Position numbers and translations under genes: made by a program. Positions 28,978 to 40,039 of a stretch of 64,000 bases of DNA are shown here, piece after piece. Each line of letters opens with the position of its first letter. The first letter of the stretch is position 1. This stretch comes from Acidobacteriota bacterium. GTDB taxonomy: Bacteria; Acidobacteriota; UBA6911; RPQK01; JAJDTT01. The stretch spans positions 576,001-640,000 of the forward strand of contig OZ253580.1 in NCBI GenBank assembly GCA_965263035.1. The letters run 5' to 3'. The notes beneath the pieces were generated by a model that was given only the letters and a program-made list of their open reading frames with translations, had not been told where the DNA came from and did not search any database.

Positions 28978-30120
28978 TCATCGCCGTCCTCGATCAGACC
29001 GGAACCCACGTTCGATCGTTTCCCGGTAGAAGGATTCATAGAGAGGGGCGACCTGCTGGGCCGAATAGTTCTGGGCCCGCTCCCGGCATTGGATCCTGAG
29101 CTCTCGAAGCCGCCCTTCCTCGAGAAGGCTCACGGCCCCCCGGGCCATGCCGTCCACGTCACCCACCGGGTAGAGAAGGCCGGTCACCCCTTCCTGGATC
29201 AACTCCGGGACCCCGCCCACGCGTGTGGCTACCACCGGAACCCCGCAGGCCATGGCCTCCAGCGCCGCCAGCCCGAAGCTCTCGGTCTCGCTGGGAAGCA
29301 GCATGAGGTCGCAGACCGAAAGGTAGTTCTCGATGGCGTCCACCATGCCGACGAAGAAGACCGAGTCGCCGAGGCCCAGCTCGCTGGCCAGGTACTGGGC
29401 GTTGGATCGCTCGACGCCGTCGCCGATCATGAGCAGGACGGCCGGGATCTGCTGCCGGACACGGTGAAAGACGCGGACGACGTCGTCCACCCGCTTGACC
29501 GGCCGGAAATTGGAAAGGTGGACCAGGATCTTCTCGCCGCGGGGGGCAAACCGGCGATGAATCTCGGGCGAAAAGCGCCGCTGCATGCGGTCGACGTCCA
29601 CGAAGTTGGGAATCACCCGGATATCGCATTCGCTGCAGAATTCCCGGAGCGTCGCCTCCTTTAGGAAGTGGCTCACTGCAGTGACCCCGTCGCTCTGACG
29701 GAGCCCGAACTGGGTGACGGCCAGATAGGAATGGTCCCGGCCCACGAGCGTGATGTCGGTGCCGTGGAGCGTTGTGATCACCGGAACCCAGCGGGGATGA
29801 ATCATCTCCCGGGCCAGGTAGCCGCTGATGGCGTGGGGAATCGCATAGTGGACATGCAGCAGGTCCAGATTCTCCCGCTTGATCACCTCCACCATCTTGG
29901 TGGCCAGAGCCAGGTCGTAGGGAACGTATTCGAAAAGGGGGTAGGCCATGACTTCCACTTCATGGAAGAAGATGCGTTCCCCCAACTCCAGCAGGCGGCT
30001 GGGCATGGACGAGCTGATGATATGGACCCGGTGACCCCTCCGGGCCAGACACTGGGCCAATTCGGTCGCCACGATGCCGCTTCCGCCGTAGGTCGGGTAG
30101 CAGGTGATGCCGACGTTCAT
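28978..30120 (-). CDS. bshA: N-acetyl-alpha-D-glucosaminyl L-malate synthase (bacillithiol biosynthesis)
   Basis: [51 protein letters not shown]. Confidence 0.92.
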   Translation of the reverse strand: MNVGITCYPTYGGSGIVATELAQCLARRGHRVHIISSSMPSRLLELGERIFFHEVEVMAYPLFEYVPYDLALATKMVEVIKRENLDLLHVHYAIPHAISGYLAREMIHPRWVPVITTLHGTDITLVGRDHSYLAVTQFGLRQSDGVTAVSHFLKEATLREFCSECDIRVIPNFVDVDRMQRRFSPEIHRRFAPRGEKILVHLSNFRPVKRVDDVVRVFHRVRQQIPAVLLMIGDGVERSNAQYLASELGLGDSVFFVGMVDAIENYLSVCDLMLLPSETESFGLAALEAMACGVPVVATRVGGVPELIQEGVTGLLYPVGDVDGMARGAVSLLEEGRLRELRIQCRERAQNYSAQQVAPLYESFYRETIERGFRSDRGRR

Positions 30121-30201
30121 GGCAATTCCGGCAGCAATTTGGTCAGGCCTGCCGCGAAAGGCGGCGGGGAGCGCGCCGGGATGAGCCCGGCCGTCCCGGG
30201 C

Positions 30202-31524
30202 TTAAACGATGTCGTCCACCTTGAACTGGATCTTTTCGAAAGCTTCCTCGGAGATGGCGCCGGTGCGGCCCGATTCCAGCTTTCGGGCCACGTAGCGATT
30301 CCCCTCGTGAGCAAACTGGAAGTTCCGGATCGACCCATCCTTCAGCTCGATCCGGACCCGGACCTGAGGCTGAGGAAGATCCGTCCCCGCCTTGACGGAA
30401 TCGGCGTCGATGGACTCGAACTTGATGTCGTCCATGGGGTACCAGAACTTGTAGGCCAGGGCCTCTTTATCCTTCTGCTGCTCCGGTTTTTCCAGGATCC
30501 ACTTGTAATCTTCACGGCGAGCATGGATCTCCTGGTCTCCGATCTTCACGACGACTGCCGCGATATCATCCTGGTCGACGTCGATGACGTCTTTGTCACG
30601 AAACTCCCACAAGTCCTGGACCAGCTTGTCCCGGATCTCCTTGCCGATGCTGAAGACGGGAGAACGAGCGGGATTGCGCGCCAGATACTGGTCCTCGGCT
30701 TCCTCGAATTCGTTGCCCAGCTCGAGGGTTTCCCACTGCTCCTGACCCTCCTGCTGGAAGCGGACCGACAACTGCGGTTTCTCCAACCCGTAGCGCCCCA
30801 GATCGATGCTCTCCTCGGAGACGTACCGCTTAGCCTCGGCGAGCTCCAGAGAGGACAGGAGACCGCTCACCGCACTCTGGTCGGCCGCCTCCTGAAGAGG
30901 CGATTCCAACATCCATTTGTCATCTTCCTTCTTGAGCCGGAGCTTCTCCGTAGCGCGCAAAATCTCGATGGTCGCGATCTTGTCCCGCTCCATGGAGATC
31001 ACTTTCTTGTCCCGCCAATCCATCAACTTCTTGTCGGCCGTGGTGAAGAGCTGGTCCGAGGCCAGGTGAACCTGGGACTCGCCTTCGACCTGGACGTACA
31101 CCTTGCTTCCCGTGAAGTCGTCGCCGCCCACGCTCAGGACCGTGCTCTCGTCACCCGCCTCGATCGTCAGCTTGAGACGGGGTTCGGCCAGGCCATACTC
31201 CTCGGGTCCCGCGCCCATCTCCACGAAAGTCCGGTCGATGCGTGCCGTCCCCAAGTCGCGAACCAGAGACTCGACGCTGGTCTTGTCGGCGGGCGCCTCC
31301 AGCGGCTCCTTGAGGGCCCAGCCCCCGCCGATCTTCTCCAGGAGAATCGAGTCCTGACCGGGCCGGTCCATCCTCACCGAACTGATCTGGTCCTGTTCCA
31401 GGCGCAGAAGGCTCTCCTCCCGATCCTTGGCCGCTTGGCGCGTTTTCTCGCCTTCGATCTCGTAGAAGTAGACCCAGAGGACCAGGGCCAGAAATGCAGC
31501 AAAAAGGATGCCGATCTTTTTCAT
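30202..31524 (-). CDS. DUF4340-type periplasmic protein of Gld-like ABC system
   Basis: N-terminal TM anchor; internally duplicated W.L..P....AD...V..L...YGL..P units; downstream of GldG-like gene; start could be 31530 or 31533. Confidence 0.75.
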   Translation of the reverse strand: MKKIGILFAAFLALVLWVYFYEIEGEKTRQAAKDREESLLRLEQDQISSVRMDRPGQDSILLEKIGGGWALKEPLEAPADKTSVESLVRDLGTARIDRTFVEMGAGPEEYGLAEPRLKLTIEAGDESTVLSVGGDDFTGSKVYVQVEGESQVHLASDQLFTTADKKLMDWRDKKVISMERDKIATIEILRATEKLRLKKEDDKWMLESPLQEAADQSAVSGLLSSLELAEAKRYVSEESIDLGRYGLEKPQLSVRFQQEGQEQWETLELGNEFEEAEDQYLARNPARSPVFSIGKEIRDKLVQDLWEFRDKDVIDVDQDDIAAVVVKIGDQEIHARREDYKWILEKPEQQKDKEALAYKFWYPMDDIKFESIDADSVKAGTDLPQPQVRVRIELKDGSIRNFQFAHEGNRYVARKLESGRTGAISEEAFEKIQFKVDDIV

Positions 31525-31615
31525 GGTCATCATCCGGAAACTGCTCGGGAGCCGTTCCCGTATCCGGAGCCACCCCTGGGAGGACACCGGGGCACGGCTC
31601 ACGGGCCGCCGAGCT

Positions 31616-33277
31616 TCATTTCCGCCTGAGCCACACCGCCATACCGAAGACCAGCGTCACCAGAGGCATGAGGATGACGGTGGCCCAGAACATCAGGGTC
31701 GATTCTCTCCGGGTCAGATTGACTCTGCGGTTCTCCGGATCTCTGGACTGGACCGCCACCAGATCCGCATCCTCCGCCAACCAGCTGACCGTCATCCGAA
31801 GGAAATCCCCATTGGCGGATGTGGTGGAGTAGGCATTGGTGGCGAAATCGGAATCGCCCACCAGGACGATGCGCGACTCGCGGGATTCGGCATCACTCGC
31901 TCCACCGGCCTCAGGGTCCGGTTCAGGAGCCGTCTCCCCGGCGCTGTCCTCGTCTCCGCCCTCTCCGTGGTGGGAAGACTCCTCTCCTCCCGGTTCACCC
32001 CCGGCCTGAACCGTCTTTACGGCCACGGCCGCCAAAGCCAAGGGCCCTTGGATGTCCTTGTCCTCGTCGAACGCCGCCTGGTCGCCCTCCAGGTCCGTTT
32101 CTCCCCAACTTCGTGCAGACGTGGAGAAGAGCTTGGACGAGTTGTACCCGAGCGAGCTGTCGGTCACCTGCACGCTCTGAGCCATGGGGAAAAAGGTCAT
32201 GACTCCACGCAGTTCATCCGTAATCGGGTGGGTCTCGTAACTGGAGACGATGGGCGCGGCCACTCCCAGGCCGAAGAGTTGCCCCACTCCGCTGGCGTCG
32301 ATCACCACGTTCCCGTCCACACCCAATCCGTACTCAGCCAGAAGATCATCCATGGAGAATCTGGTCCGGGGGTCCAGCAGCAGCAGCAGCTTCCCTCCGC
32401 CCTCCAGGTATTCCTTCAGGAGCCTGACTTCATTGGGGAGAAAGCTCACCGTGGGACCGGCCGAGATCAGGACCGCGGGATTCTCGGGCAGGGCATTCTC
32501 CTGCGCCAGGTTGTAGCTCCGGACCACGTAGTTCTGTCTCTCGACCGCCTCCTTGACTTGGGACAACCCGTCAGGGCCGGCCTCCTCCAGACTTCGCTCT
32601 CCGTGACCCGTCAAGAAGTAGACGATCTTCTGTCCCTCGCGGGTCACCTTGATGATGGCGTTGGTGATCTTAGCCTCGTCAAAATCATCCACGATCTCGG
32701 TCCGGGCTCCACCGGCCACGGCGACCTGGCCAAAGCGTTCCACGTCGAACCGGGCCACGCGGCTCGGTTCCTTCTGCGGGTCCACCACCTCAAAGTTGAC
32801 CCGGGTGGAGACATATCGGTACTGCTGCATCAACTCCTCAAAGACTTGGGCCTGGATTTCGTCCTGGAAGAAACCCACGATCCGGATCTCCCCTTCCAGG
32901 GCCTCGACCACCTTTCGGCTCTGGCTGGAAAGGGAGTAAAGCTGGTTCTCCGTCAAGTCGATTCTCCGATTGTGGCGCAGATTGAGGAAACTCAGCAGAC
33001 AAACGATGGCGACCACCAGCACCGTGGAGGCGCCCGCGGCGGCGCCATGGCGCCCACGGCGCGAGGTCAAGCCCGACCGCAACTGCCCCAGGTTCAGGAC
33101 GATCCAGAGAATCAGCAGGCCGGCGCCGCCGTAAACGGCCGTCTGGGCCTTCCAGTCCCAGAGATTGTTGACCGAATAGTAGAAGTAGCCGCCGATCAGG
33201 CCTCCCGCGCCGGCGTAGATCAGGGTCTCGGAGGTGCCGAATGCCGAGACCAGAGGCTGAATCAGTTTCTTGAACAC
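31616..33277 (-). CDS. GldG-like ABC transporter auxiliary component
   Basis: DLTENQLYSLS, YFLTGHGE, VGDSDF, C-terminal TM ending WLRRK. Confidence 0.85.
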   Translation of the reverse strand: MFKKLIQPLVSAFGTSETLIYAGAGGLIGGYFYYSVNNLWDWKAQTAVYGGAGLLILWIVLNLGQLRSGLTSRRGRHGAAAGASTVLVVAIVCLLSFLNLRHNRRIDLTENQLYSLSSQSRKVVEALEGEIRIVGFFQDEIQAQVFEELMQQYRYVSTRVNFEVVDPQKEPSRVARFDVERFGQVAVAGGARTEIVDDFDEAKITNAIIKVTREGQKIVYFLTGHGERSLEEAGPDGLSQVKEAVERQNYVVRSYNLAQENALPENPAVLISAGPTVSFLPNEVRLLKEYLEGGGKLLLLLDPRTRFSMDDLLAEYGLGVDGNVVIDASGVGQLFGLGVAAPIVSSYETHPITDELRGVMTFFPMAQSVQVTDSSLGYNSSKLFSTSARSWGETDLEGDQAAFDEDKDIQGPLALAAVAVKTVQAGGEPGGEESSHHGEGGDEDSAGETAPEPDPEAGGASDAESRESRIVLVGDSDFATNAYSTTSANGDFLRMTVSWLAEDADLVAVQSRDPENRRVNLTRRESTLMFWATVILMPLVTLVFGMAVWLRRK

Positions 33278-33278
33278 T

Positions 33279-34067
33279 TCAGGACCTCCATTTCGGGGAG
33301 TTCAGGGAAACCGAAGTCAGGAAGAGCCCCATGAAGATCAGCGACAGATAGAAGAAAACGTGGCTGGTGTCCAGGACTCCCTTGGTGAAGTCTTCGTAGT
33401 GGTTCATGATGGAGAGGTAGCGCAGGACCTCGTTGCCCAGCGTCGATCCGGTTCCGGCCATCCAATCCACGACCCACAGGATGATGAAGAGACCGAAGGA
33501 GAGGATGCCCGCGACGATCTGGCTCTCGGTCAGCGAGGACGCGAAGATCCCCAGGCTCAGGAGCGCACCGCCCAGCAGGAAGGCTCCCAGGAATCCGTTG
33601 AGAACCGGGCTCAAGGGCGGCAGCGGATCGCTGTAGAAGTAGAGAAGGCACAAACTGAGGATGGTGGGGACCAGCATCACCAGAAGGAAGACCATGACCG
33701 CCGTGAACTTGCCGAGAATCAGCTGCAGGTGGGTCAGCGGTGAGGTGAAAAGGAGCTCGACGGTGCCCCGCCTCTTCTCTTCCGCGAAGACGCCCATGGT
33801 GATCAGGGGCATGACGAGCAGAAATATGGTGCTGATGACGCTCAAGATTTGGCTCATGATCACGGAGAACGCATCCACCGGGGGCGGTGCGGACCCGAAC
33901 TGTTGGGCTTGGAATCCCATTTGCTGAATCCTCTCGATGATGGAGGTGGTGATCCCGAAGAAGAAATAGCCAGATACGGCGAAGAAAACGCCCAGCACGG
34001 CGTAGGCGATGGGACTGACGAAGAAACCATACAGTTCCTTGCTGACGATGGCGAAGTAGTTTCTCAC
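33279..34067 (-). CDS. ABC-2 permease (GldF-like)
   Basis: FFVSPIAY, EEKRRGTVELL.TSP, multiple TM helices. Confidence 0.88.
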   Translation of the reverse strand: MRNYFAIVSKELYGFFVSPIAYAVLGVFFAVSGYFFFGITTSIIERIQQMGFQAQQFGSAPPPVDAFSVIMSQILSVISTIFLLVMPLITMGVFAEEKRRGTVELLFTSPLTHLQLILGKFTAVMVFLLVMLVPTILSLCLLYFYSDPLPPLSPVLNGFLGAFLLGGALLSLGIFASSLTESQIVAGILSFGLFIILWVVDWMAGTGSTLGNEVLRYLSIMNHYEDFTKGVLDTSHVFFYLSLIFMGLFLTSVSLNSPKWRS

Positions 34068-35059
34068 GATGCCACCTCCCCCTCCGGCTCCAGATCGTCC
34101 CCTTCCCGGATGGTTCCCTCCGACGTTTCTTCCTCGGTCGTCAACTCGACGAAGACGTCCTCCAGGCTGACGGACCGGACCTTCAACTCATAGAGATCGA
34201 GTCCCCCCCGAATCACCTGGCGGGCCACCGCGTGGCGGATCTCGGCCTGACCGTCCGCCTCCACCAACACGGACGAAAGGCCGTTCCCGGTCTCTTCGAC
34301 CGCCACTCTTCTCACGTGGGGGAGGGCACTCAGGAGCTCCGTCACACGGCCGGTGTCCCCGCCCACCGTCAGGTCGATCTGTTCCCCGCCCTGCACCTGG
34401 CTGGTCAGGTTCTGGGGAGTATCGACGGCCACGATGCGTCCGCGGCTGATGATGATGACCCGGTCGCAGGTCATGCTCACTTCGGGCAGTATGTGAGTGG
34501 AGAGGATGATGGTGTGCTCACCCCGGAGACTGCCGATGAGGTCCCGGAACTCGATGATCTGTTTGGGGTCCAAACCGATGGTCGGTTCGTCCAGAATCAG
34601 GACGTCCGGGTCGTGGATCAGGGCCTGAGCTAATCCGACCCGTTGCCGGTATCCCTTGGACAGGTGCTTGATCAAACGTTCGCCCTGACCCGACAGTCCG
34701 CACCGTTCCTTGACGATCTCCATTCGGCCCGGCGTGTCGGAGCTGGCCAGTCCCTTGATCGTGGCCACGAATCGAAGGTAGCTGTCCACCGTCATTTCGG
34801 TGTACAGAGGTGGACTCTCCGGCAGGTAACCCACCCGGCTCTTGGCCTCCAGCGGATGCTCGAAGACATCGTAGCCGGCCACCACTGCCCGTCCCTGTGT
34901 CGCCGGGAAGAAGCCGGCCAGAATCCGCATGGTGGTGGTCTTCCCGGCTCCGTTGGGACCCAGAAATCCAAGGATCTCTCCCTGTCGAACCTGGAAGCTC
35001 ACGTCCTCGATGGCCGCCAGCAGGCCATATCGTTTGGTCAGATGTTCCGCCTCGATCAT
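34064..35059 (-). CDS. ABC transporter ATP-binding protein (GldA-like)
   Basis: GPNGAGKT, LSKGYRQR, ILDEPT; start at MIEAEHL. Confidence 0.92.
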   Translation of the reverse strand: MIEAEHLTKRYGLLAAIEDVSFQVRQGEILGFLGPNGAGKTTTMRILAGFFPATQGRAVVAGYDVFEHPLEAKSRVGYLPESPPLYTEMTVDSYLRFVATIKGLASSDTPGRMEIVKERCGLSGQGERLIKHLSKGYRQRVGLAQALIHDPDVLILDEPTIGLDPKQIIEFRDLIGSLRGEHTIILSTHILPEVSMTCDRVIIISRGRIVAVDTPQNLTSQVQGGEQIDLTVGGDTGRVTELLSALPHVRRVAVEETGNGLSSVLVEADGQAEIRHAVARQVIRGGLDLYELKVRSVSLEDVFVELTTEEETSEGTIREGDDLEPEGEVAS

Positions 35060-35139
35060 CTGTGTCCAATCTCCTGGGAAATTTCTCTGGGAATGAAGAA
35101 TCTTCAGGAACCGCCGGTGGCGGCTCCCGACTTGACACG

Positions 35140-36390
35140 CTACGTCGGACTCAGACTGGTGCTCCTCGAAACTTCTCGAGAGGCACCGTACCGATCCGTT
35201 ACATAATCTTCCAGTATCCGAATGAACCGGTCGGGGATCCCATCTCCCCGCAGCGTCGTGAACTGCCTTCCGTCCATGTAGACCGGCGCCTTCGGCTCTT
35301 CGCCGCTCCCCGGCAGCGAAATACCGATATCCGCATGCTTGGACTCCCCGGGGCCGTTGACGATGCAACCCATGACCGCCACCTTGAGGTCCTCGACGCC
35401 CGGATAGAGTTGCTTCCAGTCCACCATCCTAAGACGCAGGTGATGTTCGATTCGTTCCGCCAATTCCTGGAAGAAGCTGCTGGTGGTCCGACCGCAGCCG
35501 GGACAGGCACTGACCTGGGGGGTGAAGCTGCGAAGGTTCAGGGATTGGAGAATCTGCTGGGCCACACGAACTTCCTTGGTTCTGCTGGCTCCGGGCAGCG
35601 GAGTCAGACTCACACGAATGGTCTCTCCGATTCCGTCGTGCAACAGAACGCCCAGAGCTGCCGAACTGGCCACGATTCCGCGACTCCCCATCCCCGCTTC
35701 CGTCAGCCCCAGATGCAGAGGGTAATCACAAGACCGCCCCAGAACTCGATAGATCCGGATCAGCTCGGGCGCCGAGGACACCTTGGCGCTCAGAATGATG
35801 CGATTCTTGGGAAGGCCGTATTCCCGGGCCAGCTCCGCGGACTCCAGGGCACTCGCGACGATGGCCTCCTCGAGCACCGCGGCGGCGCTCCTGGGCTCGG
35901 CCCGGGCTGCGTTGACCTCCATGAGCCGTGACAGCAGATCCTGGTCCAACGAGCCCCAGTTGACTCCGATGCGAACCGGCTTGTCATATTCCAGCGCCAG
36001 CTGAATCAGCCGCCGGAAGTTCTGGTCGCGATAGCGGCCCTTTCCCACGTTGCCGGGGTTGATCCGGAACTTGCTCAGGGACCGGGCGCAGTCGGGATGA
36101 TGGCCGAGGAGCAGATGGCCGTTGTAGTGGAAATCTCCCACTATGGGTACGTCGTTCCCTTCGTCTCTCAGCCGGCGCACGATTTCGCCGACCGACCGGG
36201 CCGCGGCATTGCTGTTGACGGTGATCCGCACCAACTCGGAGCCGGCCGCTGCAAGCTCCCGGATTTGACGGAACGTGGCCCCCACGTCGGCGGTATCCGT
36301 ATTGGTCATGGACTGGACCACGATGGGCGCATCGCCACCGACCGTGACATCTCCCACCTTGACCGCAACCGTTTTCCTGCCCCTGGACAT
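35140..36390 (-). CDS. ispG: (E)-4-hydroxy-3-methylbut-2-enyl-diphosphate synthase
   Basis: [39 protein letters not shown]. Confidence 0.95.
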   Translation of the reverse strand: MSRGRKTVAVKVGDVTVGGDAPIVVQSMTNTDTADVGATFRQIRELAAAGSELVRITVNSNAAARSVGEIVRRLRDEGNDVPIVGDFHYNGHLLLGHHPDCARSLSKFRINPGNVGKGRYRDQNFRRLIQLALEYDKPVRIGVNWGSLDQDLLSRLMEVNAARAEPRSAAAVLEEAIVASALESAELAREYGLPKNRIILSAKVSSAPELIRIYRVLGRSCDYPLHLGLTEAGMGSRGIVASSAALGVLLHDGIGETIRVSLTPLPGASRTKEVRVAQQILQSLNLRSFTPQVSACPGCGRTTSSFFQELAERIEHHLRLRMVDWKQLYPGVEDLKVAVMGCIVNGPGESKHADIGISLPGSGEEPKAPVYMDGRQFTTLRGDGIPDRFIRILEDYVTDRYGASREVSRSTSLSPT

Positions 36391-36615
36391 GGTCGGAATT
36401 CTACAATACGGCCCTCTTCCCCAACAAGCCGGAAAGCCCTCGGGACAGCCCGGACTCCACCCTCCGGAGGGCCGGAAAAGTTGTGATCGACGGGCCGATT
36501 CCGTATCATGAAATTGCCCACTTTGAGGCGCGGATTTGGGCCCTGAAGCGCCCATAGAGGTGCCGGGAGCGGGTTCCTGACTCGTCCATTATTCCCTCGA
36601 AGGAGTTATTCGAAG

Positions 36616-37959
36616 ATGACCGAAATCATGGAACGCCTCCTGGAAGCGTCGAGCCCAAAGGAGTTTTCGGGCTGCATGAAGGAGGCTCAGAACCATTTCT
36701 CGGCTCCCGCCGATTTCGTGGAGGCGGTGGCGGGTTACCTTCCCACCCGCTTGTATGAGAACTACTACGGCGATTCGGTTCCGCGCGGCTTCTTCGGAAT
36801 CATGGCGGCCACCGAGGCCCAGACCATTCTGCCTGCGGAAACCGGGTGGCGCCCCTACGTTCAGCAGACCTGGAGCGCCGCCAGGGAGCGGAAGCGGACT
36901 CCTTGGGAGCTGGACAAGATCGAGGCCCGCAACCACGAGAGCCTGGAGAAGCGCTGGCACCACTTCACCCAGGCGGCCGCGTCGGCCGACGTTCCCGCTT
37001 CGCTCGCATGGGCCAAGGGATTTCTTGCCAGCCCCTCGGACCGGGACTTTTTTCGGTCGCAGGGACTATCTTACGCCCTGGCCGATACGGTTCATGGAGG
37101 ATTCAAATTTCTCTATCTGCTCCAGGCCTGGAAACTGGCTCAGTCGCTCCAGTGGAAGAACCTGGAAGCGATCCTCTTCCCTGCACTCCATTTCCTGGTG
37201 GCCGGCCCCCGGGAGAAACACCTGTCGGCCCAGGTCCGGGAATACTGGCAGGCCAATCCCCTGACCGCGGCCTTGAAGAACAGCGGGACGGTTTCCGAGG
37301 AGTTTCGCGCCCGTTTCGAGCAGACATGCCTCTTCGGAGAATCGATCGAAGAGGCGTTGGATGCCGTGATGCGACTGGGTCAATCCGGCGCCAGTGTGGA
37401 AGCGATTCGGGACGTGCTGCTCCTGACTGCGGCCCAGGCCGTGGCCAACTCCCGGACCGGTCATTGGCCGGACCCGGCACGCGCCTTGAACTTCGTGTAC
37501 TTCTTGCGAGACTGGGCGAATCTGGTGGAGCCTCACCGCCGGACCTTCGCGCTGCTCCTGGGAGCCGCCCTGATCCACCGGGCCTCGACGAAGAGCTCCG
37601 AAGGCGGTGAGAACCGGGTTCTGGATCAGCTCCCCGGCCATTTGCTTCCCACAGATGCCACCAAGGTCCTACGAAGTGTCGTCAGCCATTCGGATCCATA
37701 CGCGTCCGCTACAGCGGCCAAAGTCATTCTGGACCGGGAATCCGAGAACGGCGCCGGCTTGGCGACGACTCTGATGGATCTGGCCGTCAAGAACGACGGG
37801 CACGTGTGCGGCGGAGACGACATCCTTCTGGTCAAGGTGGCGGCGGACTGCCACCAGGCCTCTTCAGCTGCCGACAGGAACCGGTATCTTGTCGCCACGG
37901 CCTTCTTTCTGGGGCGGATTCCCAAGAGCTACAAGCTGTTCGGTGCCTACGGCTTCTAG
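36616..37959 (+). CDS. Hypothetical, probably all-helical protein
   Basis: 447-aa ORF with AAGGAG SD upstream; no recognised motif. Confidence 0.7.
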   Translation: MTEIMERLLEASSPKEFSGCMKEAQNHFSAPADFVEAVAGYLPTRLYENYYGDSVPRGFFGIMAATEAQTILPAETGWRPYVQQTWSAARERKRTPWELDKIEARNHESLEKRWHHFTQAAASADVPASLAWAKGFLASPSDRDFFRSQGLSYALADTVHGGFKFLYLLQAWKLAQSLQWKNLEAILFPALHFLVAGPREKHLSAQVREYWQANPLTAALKNSGTVSEEFRARFEQTCLFGESIEEALDAVMRLGQSGASVEAIRDVLLLTAAQAVANSRTGHWPDPARALNFVYFLRDWANLVEPHRRTFALLLGAALIHRASTKSSEGGENRVLDQLPGHLLPTDATKVLRSVVSHSDPYASATAAKVILDRESENGAGLATTLMDLAVKNDGHVCGGDDILLVKVAADCHQASSAADRNRYLVATAFFLGRIPKSYKLFGAYGF

Positions 37960-37966
37960 GAAAACC

Positions 37967-38043
37967 GTAGGGGCGCCCTGGGAGGGGGGACATTCCTGTC
38001 CCCCTCTTCATCGCCGACCCGGAACCGCGGCTGGAGAGCCGCC
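37967..38043. repeat. Cluster of REP-like hairpins
   Basis: GTAGGGGCGCCC; GAGGGGGGACA-TTCC-TGTCCCCCTC; GCGGCT-GGAG-AGCCGC. Confidence 0.5.
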
Positions 38044-38064
38044 GCTGACACGTAAAGGCAAGAA

Positions 38065-39345
38065 TTGAGGAGAAACTCCCTTCCCGCCACGAGCGATCTT
38101 GCCATCATCGGCGCCGGTCCCATCGGCATGGAAGCGGCCAGTCGAGCCGCTCTGGCCGGTCTGAACGTCGTCGTCCTCGAGAAAGAGGCGGTGGGACACC
38201 ACCTCTCCCAGTGGGGTCACGTTCGACTGTTCAGTCCCTTTCGATCGAACCACTCGCAGTGGGGCCTGGAGCTGATCAGAGCCGCCTTTCCGAAGCTCTC
38301 CCTTCCGCCACCGGACAGCTACCCGACCGGTGCCGAAATGGTCGAGACGTACCTGAAGCCGCTGGCCCGGACTCCTCAACTCTCGGGCCGGATTCTGGAG
38401 GGGATCACCGTCCGGTCGGTGGGACGGGAGGGGTTGGGCAAAAAGGATCTCCTGGGCAAGCCGGAGCGTTCTCATCACCCCTTCAGATTGCTGGTAGAGC
38501 AAGGAGGACGGAGTTCGATCCACAGATCCCGATCCGTCGTCGACGCCTCGGGGGTCTATTCCTGTCCCCAGTACTTGGGCAACGGCAATATCGCCGCGCC
38601 CGGCGAGTGCGAGGCACAACAGGCTGCCCCGGATCATTTTCACCGGCAAATGGTGGACGTGAGTGGGAACCAACGTTCCCGGTTCGCCGGTCGCCGCGTG
38701 CTGCTGGTGGGCGGCGGCTACTCGGCGGCAACGACCCTCGAGGCCCTCCAAAAGCTGGCGGAGACGGCGCCCCGCACCCGGGTTTTCTGGGTCAATTCCT
38801 CGCCCCAGACCACCCCTTACGAGCGGTATCGGGACGATCCCTTTCCCTACCGGGACCAGATCGCCGCGTTGGCCAATTCACTGGCCCAGCGTCCACCCTC
38901 CTGGCTGTCGTATCTGGGAAGCTCCATGGTGGATGAGATTCTGTCGTGGTCCCCGCAGGGTCCCTTCCGGGTCGTGGTTGACGGAACTCGGAACGGAGAC
39001 CGGAAGCGGCGGGAGATCGAGGTGGACGAGATCGTCTCCCACGTGGGATTCGAGCCCGACAACTCCATCTACCGGCAGCTTCAAGTCCACGAATGTTACG
39101 CCACCTCCGGTCCCATCAAGCTGGCGGCCAGCCTGCTGGGTGGATCGGGCGATTGCGGCGATCAGGCCGGCCCGGACCTCGACCTCCTGAGGAATCCCGA
39201 ACCCGACTTCTTCATCGTGGGCAACAAGAGCTACGGGACCAATTCCACGTTCCTGATCCAACAAGGCGTCACCCAGGCGAGACTCATCATCGACCACCTG
39301 GCGAGCCGGCTCAAAGCCGCGCATCGCCCAATGCCGGTTGCTTGA
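38065..39345 (+). CDS. FAD/NAD(P)-dependent oxidoreductase (flavoprotein monooxygenase-like)
   Basis: IIGAGPIG FAD motif, DASG, LVGGGYSA NAD(P) motif, GNKSYG. Confidence 0.85.
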   Translation: MRRNSLPATSDLAIIGAGPIGMEAASRAALAGLNVVVLEKEAVGHHLSQWGHVRLFSPFRSNHSQWGLELIRAAFPKLSLPPPDSYPTGAEMVETYLKPLARTPQLSGRILEGITVRSVGREGLGKKDLLGKPERSHHPFRLLVEQGGRSSIHRSRSVVDASGVYSCPQYLGNGNIAAPGECEAQQAAPDHFHRQMVDVSGNQRSRFAGRRVLLVGGGYSAATTLEALQKLAETAPRTRVFWVNSSPQTTPYERYRDDPFPYRDQIAALANSLAQRPPSWLSYLGSSMVDEILSWSPQGPFRVVVDGTRNGDRKRREIEVDEIVSHVGFEPDNSIYRQLQVHECYATSGPIKLAASLLGGSGDCGDQAGPDLDLLRNPEPDFFIVGNKSYGTNSTFLIQQGVTQARLIIDHLASRLKAAHRPMPVA

Positions 39346-39410
39346 CCAGCGCGTGGCCGGAATCTACGGTGGATTCCGACTGCACCGTCCGCTGGGGAGA
39401 CCGTCACAAG

Positions 39411-39452
39411 ACAACCACAAGGGAGGAGGGCAACCACAAGGGTTGCCCCTAC
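39411..39452 (-). repeat. GTAG-type REP element plus a partial tandem copy
   Basis: Minus strand GTAGGGGCAACCCTTGTGGTTGCCC at 39428-39452; CAACCACAAGGG repeated at 39412 and 39431. Confidence 0.7.
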
Positions 39453-40018
39453 CGCCAGTCTCCCAGCGCGTCCAGCAGATCCTTGATCATGCGCGCGGTC
39501 AATCCCCAGACGGAGTCGCCTTGGTAGTTAAAGAAATAGACCGGAAACGGACGGCCTCCGCGATGCCGGGTTTCCACCCGGGGACGGGTGTCGCGAAAGA
39601 AGGCGTAGGGCACTTGCAGGACTCGTTCCACTTCCGCGGGACTGGGAATCAAGGAGAATCCCGGCTTCAAGTATCCCACGTAGCAGGCGACGTGGGTGTC
39701 GGTCACGGCCTGGTAATCGTGAAACCGGCCCAGTAGCTCCACATACTCCGGCTCGATCCCGACTTCCTCTCCGGTCTCCCTCAGAGCAGTCTGCCAGAGG
39801 GAGCGATCGCCAGCCTCCTCCACGCCTCCCGGAAAGCAGATCTGCCCCTTGTGGGTCGCGACTTCCCGGGTTCGCTTGGTCAGCAGGAAAGAGGGCTCGC
39901 CCCCGCCATCCAGAAGGCCCATGAGGACCGCAGCCTGAGCTTTGGATGGGGCCGGATTCCTTCGTGGCGGAATCCGCAACAGCCGGCGCCGGATCCGCTC
40001 CTTCCACACCACTTTCAA
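39449..40018 (-). CDS. Nudix CoA pyrophosphatase-like hydrolase
   Basis: LLTKR....THKGQICFPGG, ALRETGEEVGI Nudix box, VWGLTA. Confidence 0.9.
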   Translation of the reverse strand: MKVVWKERIRRRLLRIPPRRNPAPSKAQAAVLMGLLDGGGEPSFLLTKRTREVATHKGQICFPGGVEEAGDRSLWQTALRETGEEVGIEPEYVELLGRFHDYQAVTDTHVACYVGYLKPGFSLIPSPAEVERVLQVPYAFFRDTRPRVETRHRGGRPFPVYFFNYQGDSVWGLTARMIKDLLDALGDWR

Positions 40019-40039
40019 GGGGACGACTCCTGGCCCGGG

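Noticed and set aside
38065-39345. Calling the flavoprotein the bacillithiol disulfide reductase YpdA
   Set aside because: It is longer than YpdA and its motifs fit a different flavoprotein family; proximity to bshA alone is insufficient.
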